Assembly: GCA_050575255.1 (NCBI GenBank)
Contig: JBNZDD010013686.1
Span: 5,111,794-5,175,793, forward strand
Direction: 5' to 3'
From: Harriotta raleighana
Lineage: Eukaryota
DNA: 64,000 nt
The position numbers and the translations under genes were made by a program. Positions 39,101-51,100 of this stretch are shown here, one piece after another. Below the pieces are notes generated by a model that saw only the letters and a list, made by a program, of their open reading frames with translations, did no database searches and was not told the DNA's origin. How positions within the stretch are numbered: position 1 is the stretch's first letter; each line of letters starts with the position of its first letter.

Positions 39101-42100
39101 CTTGGCCTATCTGCTATCCTCCTCCTGGTTTGTCATGTGTTCACAGTATAAACGGCTTTCAAACCAGGTCTAAAGCAGGGTGGGAAGGGAACGAATCACT
39201 GAAAGCACAGTTAATTATTTGATGTCCTTAGCATTCATACATTTGATTTCACACAACTGTAATTTTCCTTCTCCAATAGACATGACAAACAACGGCTTGG
39301 AATGGATTTTTCAAAATCTTATTGTTATCCAAAACCTTACTTTGTTCTTACCTGAGGTTTCATCCTTGGGTTCCATCTCACATAATAACTAACCCACAGT
39401 TCCAAGTGCCGTAAACTGGCTACAGGGTAAAGCACATGATTTTCATAATTCACGTAAAATGGGTTGGTAAACTCCTCCATCTGGCTGTTTATGTAAGACC
39501 AGAGAGAGTTGCTTTTCTTCTGCACCTCCTAAGGTGATAACAATAGGAAGAATATTACAACTGGTCAAATGCTGCACTCTCTCCCTACAAGTACAAATAG
39601 CAATTCCAATATTGACAGATCAATACTTTGCATCGGAAAATCCCCACTGATAACTTTCACGTATGAAATAAAACATGATGGCTGGAAGAATACTGCATTA
39701 TGAAATTTACACCTCATATTTTACCAGGAGTTATATGACCACAATGTAACTGTACTTATACATGATATCAGTTATACTATTATTACCAGAGATTAACTGG
39801 AAGAATTTGATTTAAATTTAATAACACTAAGATGCTTAAGAATGTTAGCACGCCTCTGAGTTAAAATGCTTCATTTACCTCATCCAGCCTTTGTTTTTCA
39901 CAGTTATAAAGGAATGTCCCAAATAGGCAGCTATACAGATGATCCAGAATAGTCATCAGAAACAGCTCATTAAACTCAAAGGCTGCTGGAAACTAGGAGT
40001 AAAAATAATTGAAAAAGTACAAGTTGTAAGCACATTCAGTAATGAATATCTAAGAAATAATAAGCAATAGCGCAGAGAGGTGATACAGCATATAAGGACT
40101 CTTAGCAATGCAAATTCCTGCCCTTAATTCTTCACAGGTTCTTACTCTAACCCACCACATCACTAGCGATGCTTATCCTCGACAGCTATTACCGAACCAT
40201 CAAGGGGTTCATACCCATCACTATATAAATGTAATTTATATAGGGCGCTATATAAATGTAATTTTTGTATTCTATTCTACAACATAGATAATCATCCTGG
40301 TTTTCAAGCAACATTTTGAAGAATTTCAAGCATCAACATTTAAAATCATAAGGCATTCTGAGAGATTTGATATGCTACTGGAGAACACAGATGTGGTAAC
40401 CTGTTTATGGGACACTATGCGCAATTGGCTGCCACGTTTCGCCTGCAATATACAGTCAATTCACTTTACAGTATACTTTACAGTACATAGTATGCTTTGT
40501 GAAGCGCTTTAGACATCTAGAAGACGTGAAAAGCGCTATATCAAATGCAAGGATTATTATTTTTATGTATACAAGCTATACAAGCGCTGTGTAGATATTT
40601 ATGCTGCACATCTTCACCTTTATAAGGCTACAATATCATAATTAATGAATGTTGCAATAAAACTAATACAAGTATTCCTCCCCAAAACATTTCTTTTACC
40701 TTGCTCTCAAAGAGAGCATTTGTACTGCTCAAAAAACAGCCAGATAAAATATGCTGAAGACTTTTTAAATTGTCCTAACTTGAATTCCTGCGATATATTC
40801 CTACCTGTTTAGTCATTTGCCATACACAGTCAATGAACTGAAGGAAGATGGGCGATCTGTCAGCATCGGCATGGTTATCATCACCGTGACCTATTCTCTG
40901 GGAAGATATTTATAAGATTTGTAAAACATACTACTGATTTTTTTTTTAAATCATGGAATTATGAAGTAATAATGTCACATTTGATCTACGAGACCTACAT
41001 GAGGCAATGAAATACTCACAATTGCAAATCTGTGTCCGAAGCTTAGCCACTCCTTTTCAATAAGCACTTCAAACCCCTTGATGGTTCGGTAATAGCTGTC
41101 GAGGATAAGCATCGCTAGCGATGTGAGTTGTGCAGTGCGATCCCAGCCATCACTGCAGTGTACCACAACTGATGTCTTTCCAGACTCAATTTTGTCCGCT
41201 ATACGTACTGCACCTGCTAGAAGTATCTGTAACACAGTTGATAATCCGGTACTGTAACACACTTGTTATCGGGTTTTACTCATTATCTTGGCCACGAGAA
41301 TCGATGACAAAAAGATTACCAGCTGAATCAAAAGCATGTGATTTTCAAGAATCAATCAGATGCAATACCCAAGGACCTGGAAGATTTTGTTGCTTCAATC
41401 TCAGAACTCTCAGCTGAATGCAACCCAAAGAAAATGACAGGAAAATTGCAGCAATAAAACTGTTTGGCACAGAAATGCCTAATAAACTCTGTAATTCAAG
41501 CTCAGGGTTCAGACATCCTGCAGAAACCGATCAAGCTACAGTCAAAGGCTTGGTGGAATTTCTGAAAATCTCAACAGAACTAGATACTTATAACCTACTC
41601 TGAGATATCTTACATTTTACACACATTATCTTTTGGATGCAATAAGTTCTTCCCAACAACAAATACAAAAACTCAGCATGGTTAAAAAACACATGATTTT
41701 CTTATTACCCAACCAGGCTAGAATAAACTGCAACATTAACTAACATTTGCAAATCAACATTTCTTAAATGTGGCATATATTTTCCCTACACCAGCTGTAA
41801 ACATTCCAAATGGATATCGCTTCCTAATTTAATTTGTGTATGTATGTCACTGGGTTACTTTAATTTGCATTTTGACATTTGTTCTGGTAATTCCTTAACA
41901 TAATTTATTTTCTTACATAGATTATCAGCATGAAGGCAAAGGGTTGCAAAGTTGTTATTTTAAAGAAATGAACACAAGTCGCTTTACCCTTATATATTCC
42001 AACCAATGTGTTGTGTCTATATTCGATAGCCATTTTGATTCATCTATAACCGGATAAACAAAATCCTTCAGTTTCCTTAACGATTCCCTCATGACGTGGA

Positions 42101-45100
42101 TATTGTGGATTTCCAAAAAAACAAGTTCAGCATTGGAATAAGCAGCTTCACTTTCATAACCTCCACCTTTTGCCTAAAAACAAATTCACAAATAATGATT
42201 AGGGGGGAAACATCACCAAGTCAATGTTATTTGCAGAAAGACTGTATTATTCCTCCCACGCATTTTTAATATTTATATTGTCCGTGATGATTAACAACCT
42301 GTCAGAAATCATTCCATTAACTTTCTTGGTTCTAATGCAAAATTAAGTTATATTTTAGGATTCAATCTTAAACCCACAAATAATGTATGATGCCTGAACA
42401 TTTGACATAAATATTATAAAGCTGAGAAACTGTACATCCGTTATTGTTCACAATCATGGATACAGTTTGCAAAAACACTAGAATCCAAATGTGCTGCAAT
42501 GGTTTATAATTACAAGCTCACATCACACATATCTTTAAATAAGGAAGTCATTTAAAGTCATTGAAGTTAATTATTCTCCCTGTAGCTTCAATAACGGTCA
42601 GTAAATACCTTATTGGTATCGGCCACACTATTTTGCCTGGCATCAAAGATGATTAGTTTATGGGATTGGGCATTGGCATCCATTATCGCTTGTAAGTACT
42701 TCTCGTCCTCCTTGCATCGTTTATCGTTCACGCCAACCATGGGCTGGCTACATCTAGTAATTGTCGCTTGGCTTTCTGGATGAATCCATGACAATACCTG
42801 AGAAAGACATTCAAAGAGTTTAGAAACCTCCTATTCAATACAGATCGCAAAGCAATTTGGTATAAAATGATCACACCAAACAAAAATGTTTGAAAAACCT
42901 AAACTGCTTTAGATATTGGCACACTAACCTACTTACTTTTCCTTTCCAACAAGATCTATCCATCGACAAGAGAAGATTATCATGGAAAGCTACAGATAAT
43001 TTAGCTGGAGAGTGAATAATATTATTCTTGGGCTGCTGCAAATGCTGTACATGTATAAATAACATTAATATTTCTTCCAGACTTGGCGTAAGTCAGAAAA
43101 TGCATCCATCATCTTATACTCACTGGGATTCGCCCTCTTGCCCTAAATGCTGTTACTTTGGAAAGATCATCATCCTTCACATTAATTGGCACCACCAGAA
43201 TTGGAGGGTATGTATCACAGAGCTCAAAGTTGCTGTTGGCTTTAGTTATTGTCCAGCTTTCATTAGGAAGTCCCTATAATGGAAACAAACACAGTGTTTA
43301 GCTACAATTTAGAAAGACAATTTTTGACTTCTGTATTCAATCAATCAATCATTACATTTATATAGCGCCTTTCACCTCAGGAGGATGTCCAAGGTGCTGA
43401 ACAGTCAAGTAGGGATCAGAGCAGTGGGGGAGGGATCAGGGGAAGGAAAATAGGAAAATTGACTGTATACAGTATTTGTGAGTGAAACGCAGCAACCAAA
43501 TTGCAAAATAATAAAAAATGGTATTGGATCCGTAACATTACATAAAACAATTATGGCAAACTATTCTATTTATTCCATGTACAGTAAAAGCCCATTTATT
43601 CGTAACCCAATCAACCGGATTGCTCAACTCCCACCTGGGGCAATTCCCCATTCCAGCAATCACGAGTTTGCTCACTTTGTGCATGCGTACAATGGATGCA
43701 CACTTATTAAACTTACGGACTTGGGTTTTTACCGATTGTGCTGGAATGCTTTATAGGTAAATATCCATACAATATTCTGTTACTATTTAGTCTATTATTA
43801 ATATGGTATATTTTAAAATAAGCTACTTTCTTGTGTTGGATTTTCGGCAACTTGCTGCCCAATTGTCCGGCACAGTTAATTAGTCGAATTCCCGGAGGGT
43901 GCCGGATAAACGGGCTTTTATTGTATATCATAATTGTTGGAAGAAAATGAGAAATCTTGATTAAAATTTAGCATAATTCAGATGGAAACACAGTTAAACT
44001 ACATAAAATACAACTGCACCCTCCAGCTTCACGAACTGCTCACCTGTCTTTTATATTCAGCAATTGGATCATAAACTTTCCAGCCAGCAGTGGGAAAGTT
44101 CTCCTTGTACTTGAATGCAAACAGTGGCTAAAGGGGGAGCAAACAAAAAAATTCTGAGATATTGTCATTTGAAGAAATACAGTAAAACCTTGTTTATCCG
44201 TGACTCGATGAACCAGAAAACCTGTTCAACTGCCATTTCAAAAGAAAGTCCCGATTCAATGAACCGGAAGTTATCTAGCGAAGTGATGACACATTTAATG
44301 AATCGACTATCGCACGCAAGTACTAGTGCAGGTACTCGCAGCTGGCCGCTAGTCGGGTCTAAACTCGCTCCTGCTTCTTTTAAAGGTCGCGTTTTTTTTA
44401 TACCTCCATCAGGTGAGGGCTGCTTTGTGAAGTTAAGTATAAATGATAAAGTGCTGACACTGGTGCAGGTACTCGCAGCTGGCTGCTAGACAGGTCTAAA
44501 CTCACTCCTGCTCCTTTTTTTAAAATCTCTGTCGGGTGAAGGCTGTGATTGCGAAGTAAAGTATAAATAATACAATGCTAATACAATATTCTGTTATTAT
44601 TTAATCTGTTATTAATATGGTATGTGTTAAAATAATTTTTGATTTAAAAAAACATCCGTTCAACCGTCACTGGCCAGGTTCCGTGAGTGCTGGATAAACA
44701 AGGTTTTACTGTACAATGCTTGGATCCGACACGATGAAGACTTGAACTAGGATCATTTCTATTCCAGTTAATTCGATAACCTAAGGTCACAGCCTTGAAT
44801 GACCCAAATTTTGATAAATTCATTGGAACTATCTGTTTTTTTAAAAAAACGTGCTCTTGCAAGTAAAAATACAACAGATTCCTACCACCAATTCCAGATT
44901 TAAACTATGCTTGCCATTGTTCTTAGCAAGGGAAAGGCTATTCTTCAAGATTTAAAATGACCATTTCATTTGGGAGAAGGAGTTGGAAAACATGCAGCCA
45001 CTTATTCCAAAAGTGCAACTCTGGCAATGTAGATACACATGCTCCTGCTTACAGGGATGACAAATAATTTGTGCATAGCAATAATTTATTGGAATTTTTT

Positions 45101-48100
45101 TTAACAATAAACAGTTTTGTTTAAACAATAAATGTGCTCCCGACATGAAAGGCACTATACAAAAGTAATTTTGTTGTTGATTATCAAGGGCTGCTATGTC
45201 CATCTAAATTATAAAACTGACTGTATTTCGCTGTAAAAAGGACTCACCAAGTCATGAGAGAGAGGAAACGCACATTTTGTCAGATTCTCAAAGATCTCTA
45301 ACTTGCCATGTTCATCCTGTTTATACGCAAACCGCAGATTTCTCATATCCTGTCAGACAGTACAAAACTATCAGCTCTAATGATACCAGGAAGTAAAAGA
45401 AATTCAACTAAAAACGGCTGTTATTTGACCTATTTAGAGAAACACTAACAAAGAGAATCGCCAAAATAAAAATAGCGGACATGGAATATAGAAGTAATTA
45501 AATCTGAAAAAATAAGTTTACACTCACTAAGGCTTTTTAAAAAATAAATATTCTAATGTAAAACAATTTAACTGCGCAATAATTAACTCCAATGACTATA
45601 TTGTTCTTTACAATTCTGGCTAGCAGATGTGATTGCTGTGTAGCAGGTTTCAGACATTGTGAATGAGAAACTTTACCTTGCATACAATTTCCAGTCCACA
45701 GGAATTCTCTCCATGACTTTGAATACCAGCAATCTTTTCGAGACGACTTACAACTCCAAGTGGTGCATCCAGGATAAAAGGGGGATCCTAGGTTATAAAC
45801 AGAAATATAAAGATAAAGGTATGTACTATATCAAACATTAATCACCCACTAAGTACACAGTCCACCAGACTCCAGAGTAAACCTCATGAAGCACTTCCTT
45901 CCCAATATGAAAAGCACTTCATCAAATGCAAGAATAATATTAGGATTACCATAGGCCTCTTTTGACCCTCTTTCCAAACCCCTCTACTACTTCACCTCCT
46001 CCTAACCCTCAACATCAGACTCCCATTCAATCTTTGCAAATGGCTATGAAATGTTCTTGCTACGAGAAAGGCAAGTGCAAGGGTAAGTGCAAATTGTTGC
46101 TCTTCAACCGATTATATTGAGCACCTTAAAATAGTTGTGAAAATATTTACTTCAGAATTTCTCTATTTAATAGAAAGAGAACCAACTTACCCGCTCCGTA
46201 CTTTTGAAATACAATTTATAGTCTGAAACAGTCAGTGTTCCGCTAATAGCTCCAATGAAAGGACAGATGTACATCACATCTTTAGCTGCAAATAAAACAT
46301 TTTTTTAAAAGTAGGCAGGTCATATTGATGCAAACAGTAAATATCTGTAAGCATCTAGAGCAATACAAAGGCATTACTTATCAATAGCAATGTTGTTTTA
46401 TTATATTCAAAGTAAACTATCAAATAGCAAACTTCTTACTGTAGATTACAAGTGACCTATGAATGAAAATATTATTAAATCAATGCAATTTTTAAAAAAT
46501 AAGTCACTTAGGATTCAGGAATTTAAAACATTAAACATCTTGTATGTAATTATGTTTTTAAACCACTCTGTAACTACAGTATTTCTACTCTCAAAATAAA
46601 AAAACTGATAATTTCCTGCTAGTCCATGGGGAGACAACATTAGGCAAACCATTGAGATTTACATTGATCTGAAGACAGCCTTGTTTGACAAGCTGCTTGT
46701 TTTAATGGCCGCAAGAATTTAGTTAGCCTTTGAGCTGCTACTTACAGTCTGCTTAACATCTAACATTTACTGAGTATAGTAGGAATAGAAATGGTAGCCA
46801 AAAATATTGAATGTTGCTATTTTAAGCACAATTATCCTTTGTTTTCTTATTAAATACATTTAAAAATGACAAGCACAGTAAGGTTTGCACTTACCAATTG
46901 CTTTGATACCTTCTCCTGGAAAGAGCGGTGCCTCCTCCATTTGAGCTACTTTATTTCCATCTCTTAGTGCCTAACAATTAATCAAACCCAGTTAAGCTTA
47001 CAGCCACCTGTTCATCTAGCTCTCAAAGAGCAATTCCCATGTTAATAAACCAGAACATAAGTATATTAAACATGCAGGATTCCTTTTCCAATGTTCTATT
47101 TTGGCAATTCCCATAAATTCTAAATTAAATCAGCCATCATGCCTGTACACTTCAAGGCACTTGGATTTCTAAAATACAATTTGAAGAAGTTAAAACAAGC
47201 AGCTTGTCAAACAAATCAAACAGCTGCCAATCATTTTAAGCAGTTACCATTTTTCTGCTCTAAGACCAAGGAAAAGCAACCCTGCAACTTTGAACATTCT
47301 CTTATTGTTTTCTTTCTGGTAAACACTGCAAACATGCTGATCAAGCGTCCACACTTACCTTCACTTAGCAAAATGCCGTGGCCAAACATGATTATAATTT
47401 GTGCAAACTGCTAGTTACTGGAGTAACATTTCTGATTTCTAACCAGTGTGGAATTCTTGCAAACTGCTGGTTGCTGTAATATTTCTGATTTCTAAATCTT
47501 ATTCGTTTTCTGTGAATGCATTTAGTTCCAGAAACAAGGCACACTATATAGAGTAGAGATTTTGATTTATAGATTAGCTAGTTATTTATCCGAATCAATC
47601 GACTTTTGACTTCACCCTTCCACATCATGAATTCAATTGAGCTGACAAACCCCCAAAAGTATAGACTTGCCATTCACCCCTGAGCTGCATCATTGTATTT
47701 CAAAAGGTTCAGTCTCAGATAAATCTAATAAATTATCTTAATGAAAATGTAATCCAATATATTAGCATTTCTTTCCAAAATTTTTTTTTGTGTTATACAA
47801 CACATCACTGGCAGACAGTGCACAGTTAAAACATTGTTGTGCACTGTAGATTTAGTATTAAGAGAAAATGTAAAACATGCATTGCAAAATTTATACTATA
47901 TTTTGGATCAGAAATGAGAGCAGTTTGCTTAGAGGTTTCTAACCTTCTGCATGCAAATCTTCAATTAGAGTGAGTTTCGGTTAGCTGTCCACTAATTTTT
48001 TTTTAAAACTTTCAATAAAAAGAATTATCACTTGCCAAGGAGCGTATACCCAGCTCAGGATCAGCATCAGAATGACAAGACCCATTCCATCCATCCTGAT

Positions 48101-51100
48101 TTTCCTGCATATCAGGGTCAGCAGAGGAAAAGCAGACGGAAAGCATGCACAAAACAGTTGAAAGGAATGTAAATCAGTTTATCAACATGCAACACTTCAG
48201 CAAAGGGAAAAACAAGCACACATCGCAGAGAGCCATTATATTAGAAATAATTTGTGATGCAGACAGCAAATCAAAGAGAAAATTTAGTAATAGTTTCCAT
48301 TTTTGAAACTAACGTAAAACCTTTATAAAAGAATAAACATCCCTCATCTACTGACTAAATAAAAGGAATGTAAAACAATGTGAATGCATAATATTGAATA
48401 GTCAGAACACCGCTGCTCTTGACTTGAGAATGCAAGCATTGTAATAAATGCATGTACATTGTATAATACATCGACAAGAAATACATCAGCCGCTTTGTTT
48501 TGGAAGTTTAAAATTGTACCATTTCATGTTGTTTGCACTTTTGTGCATGATGTCAGGCAGTACTGACAATTCAAATCTGTTCATGGGTGAGGGGGGTAAA
48601 GGGCATCTACATTGTCAACAAGCTCCCCAAATTGATTTGATGCTGACTCTAAGAAACAGTTGACAATAGAAAATACATCTTTCACTTGCTGGTCTTGAGT
48701 AACCTTGCAACTTGACAGAAAATAGAATTGGGCAGATATCTGCTGCTACTTTGCTGTAGAAAACCTCCATCTAAATGACAGAATCATCAATCAGACAAAA
48801 CAGCACATTCCAAGAAATATTAGCTGCGAGTTATAAAGTTATATAACAATTTTAAAACTAGTCAATGGAGACCTCACCATACATCACTTTTTTTTTAAAA
48901 ACACGAAAATCGTGGCTCTCATCCACACGTGCGATGATTTCAATAGTCAGCTGACCATGCAGGTTTCTTCAATCTTCAAAGCACTCATTTAATGAACTAA
49001 TGTGAAATTATTCATAGATAATAACTCGGTTTCACCACGAAAAATGACCATACTGGAAAGCATGCTGCTATTACTGTAGGTTTACAGAAGCATAAACAAA
49101 CAAAGTAGTAGCCCAACTACTATTCGATACAGTATCCAGATATTCAAGGCACTCTCCCAATTCACTGTTGCATATTCTGACTTCACTCTGAAATGAGTTG
49201 CATGAATTCTCTGGCTCTGATCTATTCTACTTTCGTAGAGCAATGACAAATCACAGGACTTAGACTTAACAAATGTCTGTAGTCATATAAACAGGAAATA
49301 TCACCCGTTTAAAATTCCTTGTGAAGTTTTTTTATCATTAAAGTGTTTCATAGTGTATACTAAAATGCTAGGACCACACAAATGAATACTACAATGAAAC
49401 AAAATATTAAAATGGAATACATAAAAACTACTTTTTAGTCAGAGAAAATAGAATCAAAAAGGAATGGACTTTACCAGAAAGGTCTACAAGATGTAAATCC
49501 GGCAAATTTAATTGGGCTGGGAGACTAAAGGCGTGATGGCATAATTATGAAACAATTAGAGAATAGAAGGAATTCCTCCACCCACCCTACAGGGTATAGG
49601 AACCGGCTTCCAACAAAACAAGCTATATAATGTTGATGACGTCCTTAAGAAAAATGAAATATCTGTTTGGGAACTTCATTGGAGGATCAATAAGATTGGT
49701 TGAGATGAACAAATACTCGAGAAGGCAAGATAATTTCTGTATTGCCGAGGGGGCGAGGGGTAAGATTGGTAGTAATGAAAATATTGTATTGTTTCGGAGG
49801 GAAGTACTATATTCAACATTAAACATTCAAGGGATGTGAAGATAAGCCAACAAACTGAAGTTTTAGCTTGATTACCTTTGGGATTCAGGGAGTATCTATG
49901 CATATCGTTCTATCAAGTCGGTGAACCAGTTCCCTGAACTTGTTCTTACACAGAGAGCCAATATGTTTAGTTTACAATGTCACTTCTCATATGTTGATGA
50001 TCTTTCAATCCTGGGCATATACGAAAGTTACAAGTTATGTTTTAAAGCCTTACTGCATAAAAAGCAATTAGTATATAGATATACTTGTGATCTTTATCGA
50101 TGGAAATTGTCTCATTTTTTCTCCCTCCTTCACCAAACACATGGCTTTCAGAATTAGTGGATGTGGGCCTTTTGTAAGTGAAACTAGAGCTTTTTTTCTC
50201 ATTTAAAAGATCATGCAAGTGTTAACTATTTTCTGCTCTAATTGCATTGCTACCGTATGCTGAGAATTCAACATCAATCGAAAAAAAAGTTGAATAAGTC
50301 TCTGGAAGCTCACGGAATAAGTTTTCTATCACAACCAAAATATGTGACTAGCATGTGTTTTTATTATAAAATCTTTCACTTAAAAGAATGCAAGATAGTC
50401 AAGTCTGACGTTAATCACTGTGTTTGGAAGAAGAATGGAACAACATGAGGCAACCTCGACTCATCCAGTAATTACACTTCAATTAAGTAGATCATAATTT
50501 TAACAAGCATTGCAAATTGCAGAATCCCCAGTTTAGTTCTGAGAGTTAAAACATCTAGAAGATGGCTTACACATTGAAAGGCCAGACACATTGAAAGCTT
50601 TGCGTCAAGTACAAGAGACAAACGAGGAGAAGCCTTGTATGTTCCTAATTAATTTCATTCTTACCCTTATGTCTGGCCTTCTGCAAACCTGTCAGTTAAA
50701 ATACATCAACATAAAAATCAATAAAAGCAGCCAGATGATCTGGTCAAAATCATTTAGTATTAAATTGCCTGACAAATTAAATATGGGAAAAATATGAGAA
50801 AATACAAAATAAAGATGTGTGAAGAAAAATAAATCCATAATGTTCTTTTTGAATACCATTATGATTTTAAATTTACTTCAAACTTTAGAAGATTATTCCA
50901 TAGACCGAATAAAGTTAAGAATGCAGCAATGTACACAAAAGCAGGGAATAATAATAAGATAGCTTACTCCAGCACCCATTATACCACAGCAGGTGGTGAA
51001 ATGCAATGCATTATATGTGCTCATGCTTTTAAATTACTATCAGGTGAGGTCTGAGGAAGAAGTCAAATTCACTTCCTGAGATGGGGAAAAAAAATCAGGA

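Noticed and set aside
907-40562. Recurring short ORFs with [32 protein letters not shown]
   Set aside because: Chance translations of the SINE tail; not a protein family and not a CRISPR-like array (irregular spacing, both strands, variable truncation).
47359-47410. Strong AAG|gtaagt donor in MTMR1 intron 2
   Set aside because: Available acceptors give 49, 52 or 59 nt with poor pyrimidine tracts and none keeps frame; at most a cryptic or poison exon.
49540-49850. Compositionally distinct segment with short ORFs in MTMR1 intron 2
   Set aside because: No recognisable protein motif or frame-preserving splice pair; possibly a decayed repeat.
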